Shown here in pieces: positions 13,009 through 25,410 of a DNA stretch of 64,000 nucleotides. The notes below the pieces were generated by a model. It was not told the DNA's origin, did no database searches, and saw only the letters and a list, made by a program, of their open reading frames with translations. Position 1 is the first letter of the stretch. Each line of letters opens with the position of its first letter. The position numbers were made by a program, and so were the translations under genes. The stretch comes from Podarcis tiliguerta (lineage: Eukaryota): assembly GCA_965153285.1 (NCBI GenBank), contig OZ229116.1; one strand, given 5' to 3'.

Positions 13009-13650
13009 GCCTTTTGTCTTTGTCCATGAAGTTTTCTTGGCAGGGATACTGGAGTGGTTTGCCGGTTCCTGCTCCAGGTGGATCACGTTTGGTCAAAACT
13101 CTCCACTATGACCTGTCCATCTTGGGTGGCCCTGCACGGCATAGCTCATAGCTTCTCTGAGTTATTCAAGCCCCTTCGCCACAGCAAGGCAGTGATCCAT
13201 GAAGGGATCCATTACCGCACAATTGCACTCATTTCACACGCTAGCAAGGTTATGCTTAAAATTCTACAAGGAAGGCTCAAGCAGTATGTGGACTGAGAAC
13301 TCCCAGAAGTGCAAGCTGGATTTAGAAGAGGCAGAGCAACCAGAGACCAAATTGCAAACATGCGCTGGATTATGGAGAAAGCTAGAGAGTTCCAGAAAGA
13401 CATCTACTTCTGCTTCATTGGCTATGCAGAAGCCTTTGACTGTGTCGACCACAGCAAACTATGGCAAGTTCTTAAAGAAATTGGAGTGCCTGATCACCTC
13501 ATCTGTCTCCTGAGAAATCTCTATGTGGGACAAGAAGCTACAGTTAGAACTGGATATGGAACAACTGATTGGTTCAAAATTGGGAAAGGAGTACGGCAAG
13601 GCTGCATACTGTCTCCCTGCTTATTTAACTTATATGCAGAATTCATCATG
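13009..13650. mobile_element. Rearranged BovB (RTE) fragment: inverted 5'-region piece (13009-~13205, -) joined to an RT fragment (~13211-13650, +)
   Basis: YRTIALISHASKVMLKILQ...QAGFRRGR...GKGVRQGCILSPCLFNLYAE is BovB RT, with one in-frame stop; TGATAT on both flanks. Confidence 0.88.
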
Positions 13651-13999
13651 TGATATAATGTAACAGGCCTGCCTTAAGTCAACTTGAATTTAGTTTTGTT
13701 TTAGGAATGATTTTACAATGCGTTTGCAAGCGGCTTTGTACAATCTCACGTATATACATTGAAAATCATTCATTCTAAGTATGCGTGCATAGGACCGAAC
13801 CTTTCCCCCTTTAATAAATACGCGCTGCAGAAAACGTGGAAGATTTTATTCCGTGAAAATGTGTGACCTGACTTTATTCGCACCCTAAACCCAGTGAGAC
13901 TGAAGTCAGTAAGAGTCAGAGGCCACGACGACACAAGATGCCACTCTTCTGCTTTCTGTTCAGGCAAAAACCAAAACACACCCCATACCAAGGGCAGCC

Positions 14000-14520
14000 T
14001 TAGAATCCCACGCTCGGCTCATGCCTGATGCAGCCCGTGCCGAGGCGCTACGGATCTGCGGACCCGCGAGGCAGAGCGAGTAGATCCACCGAGGAGTCAC
14101 GCAATTGGCAAGAAACGGCGCTTTTCCAGAGCCGAAGCCCTGACGTCACTGGCGAGGAATGTGAGCTGGGCGTCCCCTGTTCAAGGTCTTCACACGGACT
14201 TGACGCGTCCTTTCCCCGGGCATCGAAGGGTGCAGGGAGGCGGGAGCGAGCCGAGTGTCTTTCCAGCGGACAGGAGCGGCGATTGGCTGGCGCGGGGAAG
14301 AAGGGCGGGTGGGAGGCGGCTGACGTCATCGCCCACCCTCCTCCGGGGAAAAGCGCCGCCCTTTCCTTTGGGGCGGAGAAGCCGGTTCTTTCCATTGAGC
14401 CGCCATTACCGCTGCTGCTTTTACAGACAGGATGAAGATCTGGAGCTCGGAGCACGAGTTTGGGTAAGGCGAGGACGGGAGTGGCGCGCGTTCCGGCCTT
14501 GACAGCAGCAGCCCGAAAAA
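14000..14520 (+). promoter_or_regulatory. CpG island and PRELID3A promoter
   Basis: Full CRE palindromes TGACGTCA at 14141-14148 and 14321-14328; reverse CCAAT (ATTGG) at 14104 and 14282; GC boxes at ~14303 and ~14371. Confidence 0.78.
14432..14463 (+). CDS. PRELID3A: PRELID3A exon 1 coding part, MKIWSSEHEFG
   Basis: Family N-terminus; donor GTAAGG at 14464. Confidence 0.95.
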
Positions 14521-15055
14521 ATGCTGGGACAGAAAAAATGCTGGTTCTTCCGAGCTCAGTGTTGCCTACACTGGCTGGCAGCGTCTCTCCCCGTCCCATC
14601 GGGAGATGCTGGGGGTTGAGCCTGTGCAAAGGAGATGCTTTGGCAGTGATCTACAGCTCTTCTCTAACTGAGCTATGGAGCCTCCTTTGGAAGGAAAAAC
14701 GAATAAAACTTCCCTCTTTCCTTCTCCATTTCCGCTTGTTATACAACTCGTGCTTTTTGGTCACCGGGCGAGGACGTCGGTAGCATCCTGCCCCGGCGCG
14801 CTTGCTCCCTCACCTAGGACTTTAAAGGGCTTTAAACATGGTCTGTCGTGGGTTTGCCCGCGCTTGCTCCCAAATGCCTGCCTTATGAAAGACCTTTAAA
14901 AATGTCTTAGCCGCCCTTTAAGGTCTCTTAAGTGTTGTGTGACTCACATCTTCCTTGACCATGAGCCGAGGACTGTTGGGTTGATGCAGTTTGAAACAAA
15001 TGGTGGGCTCCAGGTTGGGGACGGCTGGCCCCTGCGCTCTGTTGCTGCCTTTTTA

Positions 15056-15310
15056 GAAGAAGAAGAAGAAGAGTTTGGATTTGATATCCCGCCTTTCACT
15101 CCCTTTAAGGAGTCTCAAAGCGGCTAACATTCTCCTTTCCCTTCCTCCCCCACAACAAACACTCTGTGAGGTGAGTGGGGCTGAGAGACTTCAGAGAAGT
15201 GTGACTGGCCCAAGGTCACCCAGCAGCTGCATGTGGAGGAGCGGGGAAGCGAACCCGGTTCCCCAGATTACGAGTCCACTGCTCTTAACCACTACACCAC
15301 ACTGGCTCTC
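15056..15310 (-). mobile_element. Young tRNA-derived SINE, copy 2
   Basis: Matches 10181-10435 except a few substitutions in the head; possible CTTTTTA TSD. Confidence 0.88.
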
Positions 15311-17719
15311 TCTTTTTATTAGAGAGGGAAGCAATAAGTGTTTCTCCATGCACTGAGCTGCCGTGCAAATGCCTGTGATATCTGGGGCAAAGGTGACAAC
15401 TTCCTTTCTTCAAGGTCGTGTCACGGTAATACGCCTTTGCTGCATAAACTGCTGAGTAGAACTAGTTTCTAAAAATACCTCAGTGTAACTAAAGTATGTT
15501 GCTATTGCCATGAATGTTGTGGAGGGAAACTTGGTAGGCCTTTGCCACTCTCGTCTCCTTCAAGGGTTAGAACTGCTACCCAGAAGATGTTACTCTTGAG
15601 ACTTCAGTTCTGCTTTCCATCATTTTAATGGGGCTTGGAATATTTTTGAGTGTCAGAGGCCCTCAGACCTTTTGGCTGGTCATGCTTACCAAAGCTAAGC
15701 TGGTGATTGCCAGGACTCCTTGCCTCCCTTTCAGTATATTAGGATTGGGCTACTGGTCCCTGACCTTCCCCTGCATCTGTGCGCAAGGACATCAGCAATC
15801 CCCTGTGTGGTTACAGTCCCTATTACAGTGCTTACAGTAATAACAGTGATTACAGTGGTTACAGTGCTGAAGTTCAGAAGACCTCATCTGTGTGGACAAT
15901 CTGTTCTCTGATCACTTGGGACATTAATGCTGCCAGTGGCTCAAATAGCGATCTTCACTCTCCTACTCTGGAGCTAGAGAGAATGGCTGGGTTTTCTATG
16001 GTTTTTTTTAAGGTGGCTGAAGAGACCTGAGCACCAAAATGGGAAGCCCCAATCTTTCTTTTCAGCTTGGAGCTAGAGATGAGGGCATGGGATCTTCCTC
16101 TTTGATTTATTATGCCCTCTGAAACTCTGTTGACCTCTGGTTAATGATCTCTGACTCCTCATGTAGAAGCTGGAGCAGAAGGATGGGACTTTTCTTGTCA
16201 CTCTTTCCAGGAATGATGGAATACTAGTGGGGTGCATAATTGTGGACCGCTGTGAACTTCTAAGAAATTGAGCTGTAGGACATGAGGGACATGGAGGCAA
16301 TGGTGCAATTGTTCTGTCTAGCAATTTAAGAGGGAATTTTCTTTAGTACTCCAGGAAAGGGTGGATGAAAATGGGAGGAGAGGTTGCCACATCTTGCCTC
16401 TGTACAGATGTGTAGGAAATAACATCATGACAGTGGCTTCCCGGAATTTTGCAATAAAACAAGCTGAGACACTACCTGTAATAGCTTGTAATTAAATGGG
16501 TGGAAAGTAGGTTATGATGTGTTCAGTGGGTTCTGTTTTTTGCATTGCCATAAAAAAGGCATATTCTTCTTCCAAAGAAAGAGGGGTTGAGACCCTATGA
16601 CATGAGTATACTGAATTAGCAGTAGGCTTTGAAGGGCTCCTGAGACTATCTAGCAGTTAAGTGCAATACCACATTACTGATGATGTTGTTGGCATAAGCT
16701 ACGTACTTGCAAATAGCCAAAGTGCCATAAAACACTTTCCCAGTAATGAAGGAAATGCTTAAATTGCAACACCACACTCTTTTTTAAAAAAACTAAAGTA
16801 AAAGTGTGTTTCTCCAAAGTGTGAGATAGCAGTGGAGCTATGCAGGCTGATACTGAATAAATGTGATAATCTCTGAATTTAAGCATAACTCTCTCGCTCA
16901 GTCCTTATCTTTGTGAACAAGGACAGCCCAATGTTAACTTCCTTTACTTGGTCACTGGGTTTCATAAGTTCTTATTAGCTTACTGAAAATATTTCACCAC
17001 TGAATTAATGTTACTTAAGCAATGAATGTTTTCTGGAAATGAACGATATATGCTACACAGGAACATAGAATGTAAAAAGCTGGTGCATACCAAGCTAGAC
17101 CATTTGTCCATCTAGCTCAGCTTTTTCAACACTGAATGGAAGTGTCTCTCCAACATTTCAGATGGGAGTCTTTCTCCGTGCTTCTTGAACCTTGGAGCAT
17201 TTTCATGCAAAGCGTGTTCTATAACATTAACCTACAATTCTTCCTCTTATTTTGTTATTGTGCATAATACTTACACCACGGCTCTAAGCATGCTTGAGAG
17301 TGTCCTATTGAAATCAGTGGGACCCAGTTCTGAGTAAGCATGGCTAGGATCCAGCTGTAAGAATTGATTTTCTATTGCTGTGTCAAATGCTTCCTCTCCA
17401 GAGGAGAACTTGTGCTAAATAAGTGCTGAAAATTGAAAGTGGTGTTTCTTGCCTTTAATATCTGTCACTCTGCTGTGCTTAGAAAGAGCTGCCATCTAAA
17501 CTAGAAGTAGTCAACGTTGTGCCCTCCAGATATTGTTGGACTGCCACTCCCACCTTCCCTGACCATTGGCCAAAATGGTTGGACTGGTGGGGGTTTCAGG
17601 ACAACAGCCTTTGAAGAAGACTAGATTGGCAAATCTCTGATCTGACCAAAGTTTATATAGCACTATATTCTGAAACTTACTAATTGTGCTGGTCATTTGG
17701 GGGTGTCACATAAACTGTA

Positions 17720-17784
17720 GGTGGTTGATGGGTTTGTGAACTGTCCTGAGATCTTTGGCTGAAGAGTGGTATATAAATTTAATA

Positions 17785-17825
<41 letters not shown>
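17720..17825 (+). repeat. (AAT)n microsatellite (17786-17825), probably the tail of a short L2-type 3' fragment
   Basis: About 13 AAT units after GTGGTATATAAATTTAATAAAT. Confidence 0.75.
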
Positions 17826-17827
<2 letters not shown>

Positions 17828-18221
17828 GTTCAAATAATAATGCTCTCCAGACGTCGGCACTGGAGGATTTCCCAATGCTCTGGAGTAGATTTTAAGGATG
17901 GAGGGTTGCTGCAGGGGGACAAAGGGGAAGTCTCATTTTTCAAGCAGAAATCTGTTCTGCTCTTGCAATTTCAGTATTGGATACCGCCTTATACGTATAG
18001 TACCCTTATGCCAATGTGCTTACAGTAGTTAACAACCTAATAGACCAAATATGAAGAAAGTGACAGGGGAGGAAGAGAAAAATAAGCAAATTCAGGTATC
18101 AACTCTTACATGATATTAAATACTGTGTTTTGGAATGTATGCTCTGTATACCATAAATGCAAACCAAAATGTTCAGTTTTAATTAAATTACATTGCATAC
18201 AGAGAATTCTTAATGCATTGA

Positions 18222-18431
<210 letters not shown>

Positions 18432-18713
18432 TAACCATGGTGGCTAGTGGTAGGCTGAATCTTTTTATGAAATGAAAACACATGTTCTGTTCTTGAATGT
18501 ATTGCACATAATGACTCTCATAGTAAATGCTCAGGCTAAGTTTCCTTAAGAGGTGCAACACACCTAGAGAACTTGGCTCAATGAGACTCTTTGTTCAGAC
18601 AGGGGCTGCATGCTTTACAGAAATACATTTATCACCAACCTTTTTGATATTTTGCTTGACTGCTCGTTTTGGGTTACTGTGTTAGTACTTGCTTTTATTT
18701 CCTTTTTTTTTAA

Positions 18714-18968
<255 letters not shown>

Positions 18969-20017
18969 TAGATAACTTTGGATTATTATTTTTTAAAGAA
19001 ACTGGGATTGCTAGCTTTACTTTCTCTGATGAAATTATTTCTAGAGGATCCGAAGATTCTTTGTGGGCAGAATCCAACTTTGCACGAGTGGACTTCCATT
19101 CATGCAGTGGGACTTCACCATCTCCTCCTCCTCCCTCTGTGCAGTCCCAAAGTCTGCTCCAGTGGGCCCCCAACTCTCTGGAGCAAAATTTGAGGGTGGG
19201 AGGGCTGCTGGGGGGAGAGCAGGGAAAGGCAAGTCCTTCCCACACAGAGATAGCTTTGGATATAAGTGTGTGTAATTTGGCTGGCTATATGCTACTTGAG
19301 GCTTGTAGTACAAGGTCAGGGACTTGAAGCAGGCCAGCAGGCCAAATCCTTATCTCCCGTACTCCCCATAGGTCAATTCTGGCAGCTGGGCGGGGCTGCC
19401 CACCAGTCAGTCACTGGTACCATCCTCATCATCATGTCATCAGGTGAGGGCTTCAAAGGAGTTCCCTCTCAGCACTGACCAACTGATGGGTGCTGAGAGA
19501 GCCCCTTTGAAGTCTGGTTGCAGCTGTGGCATGGATTCAGGCATGCTTTGTATCCAAACCACAGCTGCAACCAAACTTCAAAGCAGCTTTCTCTCAATGT
19601 CCCTCAGCTTATGAGTGTGGAGATTGGAACTTCAAGGGGTCTCGCTCTCTCTGTCCATCAGCTGATTGGGGCTGACAGTGAGCTATACCCAACTGCACAT
19701 TGAGTTCACTGGTGGGGCGCTCCCTAGGGTAGCCAACGCCAGCCACATATTTATCTGTCCCAAACCTGGCATCACACATGTGGGGGAGTGGGTATGGTTT
19801 GTGACCTAACTAGGCCTATTGGGCCTGAAATTCCTTACTCCTGCTTTAAAATATGACTTTAATTCCTAGAAAGTTTGCTTAGGATACAGCCTTAGTTGTT
19901 TTTAAAAATGCAATTTATCGTTTTCTTTAAGTAAAGTAGACAGCCTTTTTTATTATGTATTATGCTAGATAATACTAAGATTAGTTAAATTAATCTTCGC
20001 CTCTTTTTCCCTTTAAG

Positions 20018-20088
20018 ATAACACTTACAAATCTTATATCAGTTGATGAAAGGTTGGTATATACGCCACACCCTGAGAACCCGGAAAA
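20018..20088 (+). CDS. PRELID3A: PRELID3A exon 4 (71 nt), [24 protein letters not shown]
   Basis: AG at 20016-20017; donor GTAAGT. Confidence 0.96.
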
Positions 20089-20092
20089 GTAA

Positions 20093-20335
<243 letters not shown>

Positions 20336-22390
20336 TAAAACCTAAAACTCAAATGTTTAAGTGCATTATGCTAGCATTGGTATCCCATAAGCCCAGGGTG
20401 CTCTCAATTATACACAATTCACTGTAAGTCTTCAGGTTAGATAATGACTTTTCTTGTACTTGTGATGGTCTGCAGAGCCAGTTGTGTATTTTCAGTCTGC
20501 ATGTATTTCCTTTTAAGATTCAAAACCGTGTAAGGTATGAAGTCAGGAAAAGTGATTGTTGTCTCTCACTGAGACAATAGCAGCTTACAGCTAGAATGGG
20601 GGGTAGGGGTGATAGTGTCTGGTTGTGTGATCAGATTAGTCTTTCTTTCAGCTTGCAGTTCACAGAATACCTTCTCATATTAGCTATTGGCTTCCGCGGG
20701 CGGTTGCTTGAGCCAAATAGGTTTATATGGGAAGCAGGCAAATCGCCTCCTTACTCTTTTCAGTGCTGAAAGCAGAGGAGAGAACTAAGGAGATGTCAAA
20801 TCTGAACTTTCCCTGATAACCCAGACACTTATTATGTACAGATGTCTCTTGTTTTCTACTGTATACGAAATGGTGGGTGTGAGCACATGTTCTAGTTGTC
20901 CTGTTTGTAGTGTTCGAAAGGGAACGAATTCCACTTCCGATGTACAATAAACCAAATGCATACATAGGTTGTTAGTAGCAGAATAGGAGATAGATGAAAA
21001 GGAACTGTTCCCCTAAATGCTATGGGTGAAGAAGTTCAGCTAGTGCACAGACTTCTTTCCCTGTGTGCCCTCAAATCAATCAATCAATCAATCAGTCAAT
21101 CAATCAATTAAATTTGTTTACTGTTCTTCATGCATAGATCTCAGGGCGGTTCACAGCATTAACCTGTTCTGGGAATTCCCTCAACCCTTTATATACTTTA
21201 TATGCAAGCACTCCATGCATTAAAAGATACAGGAAGCTGAACTCCTGACCTCTTTCTCTGGCTCTCACCTCCCTCCTTGCCTTTCCTGCAGCTAGAAAAC
21301 AACTATCCTGTTGGAGTAAAGATTATTTTCCCCCTTGCCTAAATGCAGCTGGGATGGGGATGGTCAACCCTGCCTCCACATGTGTTGTTTCATCACCATG
21401 CTCTAAAGCACCCTCCCCGTGCTGCGGTTAGGTTTGTAAAAAGGTTCCTAGTGACTCCGACCTAATCGTGGCAGGCGGGGGGGGGGGGTGTTGTGTGTGT
21501 TGTGAGAGAGAGCATGGCAAGGCCATGCCCACTGCTGACACAGGGCCCTCAGAAATGGGCTACGAGAGAACGGGACAGGCCCATCCCTGTTCTCAGCCTG
21601 CAACAATTCAGCATGCTACACAATAAACCCTTTATTAAGTTCCGTGGGACTTCCGTGGGTACATTGGGATTTGACTATAAAACAGCAAATGAATAACTCA
21701 ACCTTATAAAGAGTATTATTAAGGGGGAAATGAGCATTTCAAGTATTGTAATCCTAAACAAATATTTTTGTTCTCAGTCCTCCATGACTTCTGCACTTAT
21801 ACAACGATAGATTACCAATACATTACAGGTCTCATTCAAGTGCTTTACTGTTTCTTCTTCATTCTCTTTTAATGCTATATAATGCAGCCTGTTTTAACTA
21901 AGTTTCCTTACAGGTGATCCCTCTCCCTTTACCTTTTCAACTTAGGGCCACTTCACACTTGCGTACTACCAGATTTCTAGGCAGAAGTTGCTCTATAGGG
22001 ATCTGGTAGCACGTCAAGTGATCCCAAGTCTAGGATGAGATGCATCTGTCAGAAGCATGCATGCTCAGCTTGCTTTTACCTAACCTATTCTACTGGGATG
22101 CCTATTTGTGTGTCTTCAGCATCCTGCTTTGGCACTCAGTTAAACCTTTACATGATATAATTGCTTGTTACCAATATTTGATAAGCGTGGTGCTCAACTA
22201 AGTCAAACTCACGGTAGGCTTAGTCATAACTGTTACATCCATTCCCTTTCAGTAGGTTTACTTGGACTTAGTTGGATATCACTCTCAGTTTACAATGCTT
22301 GATTTTCCTGTAGGCTCTTGAGATTTACAAGACTGTGACGGTGGAATAACTTTTTGTCATAAGTTGTACATCTTTTCTGTGTTACTCCAG

Positions 22391-22444
22391 GGGTGGGATG
22401 CTATTGAGTGGACAATTCAACATTCTGACAGTGTTCTAAGATAG
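22391..22444 (+). CDS. PRELID3A: PRELID3A exon 6a, GWDAIEWTIQHSDSVLR*
   Basis: Acceptor TTACTCCAG; resembles the recalled mammalian PRELID3A C-terminus (GWAAIEWII...); candidate polyA signal ATTAAA at 24223. Confidence 0.92.
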   Translation, partial: GWDAIEWTIQHSDSVLR

Positions 22445-23349
22445 CAGTCTCTTTCTACAGCTGCATTTTGTACTAATTAGTGGTAATACCAGCATTTGTT
22501 ACCTTGGTACAGCATTTCAGCTTCTAGCAAATCTGTGCATGTTGCTGTCATGTTACTTGAAAGCCTGCATGCCTCGTATATATACACACATTGCATATAG
22601 AGGAACAGCACCCTTATTCTTTAACTCTGGAATTTGGGGGGCGTCTGTACTGTCTAATGCTTTGACACAGGAAAAGATTCTTAAGAACCTGCATGTGTGG
22701 GCCACTAATAAGGCCCACCTTCTGTTGTTTGGTAAATCTCTCTTGAGTAAGTGGAATACTATTAGAAGAACTGTTGCACCTTGGCCCTAGAGTTTTTTGG
22801 AAGTAGGTGAAGCTCTGTACAACCAGTCCTCTTGATCCAATGCATGGATGCTTAGGGGTGAAATACTTGAGGTTGTTAACTAATTCACGCTACTGCTGGA
22901 CCTAGCATACAGTATGGCAATTCTTGCCTATCAGTGTAGAAATACAATCCCATCACTGCTTGGACAGAAGGGTTCTTGTTTAAAAGAAAGCAGTTTATGA
23001 AGTCACAATTAGAACATTTGCACCTGTTTACTTGCTCATTGTTGGTTTTTGCTTTTGAGGCAGCTTAAAATCCGTGCAAAAAGAATGCAAAAAGAAGAAA
23101 CCTGTTTTCAAAAGTGCCAGCTCTTAAGCTTTATTGTCGCTCAGCGCATTTTGGAACTGTCATTCCTCCCTCATGGTGCCTGATAGGCAGCAGCATTTAT
23201 GTAAGTTGCTTCAGAAAGTCCAAGATTGATCCTGAAGAATGAACTTCTGTTCTGAAACACATTGTATTATCATAAACTTCAGCAGTTGGCATTTGGGAGA
23301 ATTGGGTTCTGCTTTTTCTCTTCTTTGCATTATTTCTAGTGTCTGGGCC

Positions 23350-23425
23350 TACCTTTGTTTAGTTGTTTAGTCGTGCCTGACTCTTCGTGACCCCATGGAC
23401 CAAAGCACGCCAGGCAATCCTGTCT
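23350..23425 (-). mobile_element. Short 3' tail of BovB or a BovB-mobilised SINE
   Basis: Minus strand GCCTGGCGTGCTTTGGTCCATGGGGTCACGAAGAGTCAGGCACGACTAAACAAC resembles the BovB 3' end. Confidence 0.7.
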
Positions 23426-25410
23426 TACTTTATTTTAATTAGGCAGGAATCATGCAAAACCTTTTGGCTGCATATTTTTGTTATGAGCACAAGCCTCACT
23501 CTCTTCTCCCTGCATTTTGTGAGGGGAGATTAGAAGTGTTCACTTGCAGTTTTGCCCCAACATGGCCAACTGTGGTTTGCTTGTTTGCAAAACCAGGATT
23601 GGATCCTGGATGTGGGGGAAGATGAATTGAACAAATCAGTTTGTTTTGTCATCCTGTTATGGCAAACTACAATTTGTTGCAGACTAGAAGTTGAAATAGC
23701 TTCTCTTCCTCCACATGTAAGTGGGGAACACGGGGAAATATATGAAGAACAAACCATGATTTGTTTTTTCACATCTAAAATCCAGGCTTTTATCTAAACA
23801 TACACTAATAGATAAATAATTTTGCTATAACAAAGCAGATGTTTTTGTCTGAATGCATTGTTTTAAGAGGCATTGCTAGCATCTGTTTGACTTGCGAGGA
23901 ACTTCAGTGACCACCTTTTTTGTTCCTTGAGCTTGATTGCCAAGCTTGGAAACCCTCAATTTTCATTTGCAGAATACAGTTACCAAACATTAGTGTTGTA
24001 TAATACTTAACTACTCCCAATTTTGGAGTGTGTGTATATATTACAAAAAAAATAGTAAACTCTCACTGTATGTTTTCAGTTTTACCATTAAGCCTGTGAA
24101 ATGTTTCAGAGTTTAAAATTTTATGCTCTCAATCGTTTGTTAAGTAGTAACCACTGAAATTATGTCCAGTTCTTAACTCTCATTCTGTATGTTCAGTGTG
24201 CTACCACCATGTACGTAAATATATTAAAAGGTGCATGCTTTAATTGGAAATATGCTTGCTCAAGTCATATACTAATATGCTGTTTTATGGTACAACAGAA
24301 ACTCAGTAAACCAATCCTCTGTCAGATTGTTTTTGCTAGTTCCATGCATGTTAAAAAGAACCCCGGTCTTTTTGGTCCAGCATTTTGTTTTTAAAGGCTT
24401 GCCAGATGTCTATGGGAAGCAAATAAGTAAGTCATCAGCCCAATAGACCACTCTAACTAGGGTCATTTCAAACTCAACAAAATCGTTCAACATGCTCAGT
24501 TCCTATATAAACAAATGACCAGTCTTCCCAAGGAAAGCTGGCCAGACTGGATCAAACTTGACATCTGCTCAATTGTGTCACATGCAGCTGTATATATTGT
24601 TGTTCCAGAAATAATTACTGGCATGGGTGAGTCTGATGGGGACTTTTTCCATTCAGATCATGGTGAGTGGGTGGAAAGATAAGCCTCCTCTCCCTACTGG
24701 TTGCCTTCCCAGTGAGGATATGTCTCCCTGTGAATGTAATATTTAAGATGCATACTACATATTAGGCAAATGTCTAGTTTGGTCCTAAAAAACCCACAGA
24801 GTTCCACCCTCTCCTTTAAAGAAGCTGCAACCTAGTTCACCCCACCAATGTGCTTAGAATCTACTCCAACCAAGCTGCCATTTCATTTCTTAGAATATGT
24901 TAAGATGTACGTGTGCTATGCTTTAAGCCCCAACACTTGTATTTAGTGTTATAGCATGGAGATTTGTTGATCAAAAGCACTTGGTGCAATAATTCCTGTT
25001 AGTTCCTATCTCCCATAGCAATCCTGTGAATTTCTTCATTTGACATGTCATATGTCTGTTATTAGTGGGGCCCTTTTTTATTCTTATCTAATGCTTTGAT
25101 TTTTAAATCCAACTTGTGCAGTTTCTAATGCTGAGAACTTGATGAATATGAATGAATGAATGAATGAATGAATGAATGAATGAATGAATAAGTTTATTAC
25201 GGTCATAGACCAGAAGAAAAGAAAAAAGCATAAAAACAACAGTAGTTTACGAGGGAATGATGGTGTCAATTAAAAGTTGTAAAATTATACATAAAAACAA
25301 TACACATATGCACACACACCCACACACACGCACATATATACTCATATATGCGCTACAATATATGTGTAGACTTTAAAAAAGGGGGGGGGCTTGTCCAAGG
25401 GTCAGATCTT

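Noticed and set aside
14028-14783. ORFs up to 193 aa on both strands
   Set aside because: CpG-island artefacts; only the 32-nt PRELID3A exon 1 is supported.
10200-15356. Two near-identical ORFs (MDLISRLSLPL...) suggesting a duplicated gene
   Set aside because: They are antisense readings of two SINE copies.
15822-15868. Five degenerate 9-mers (TTACAGTGN)
   Set aside because: Ordinary minisatellite with no spacers; not CRISPR-like, and the DNA is eukaryotic.
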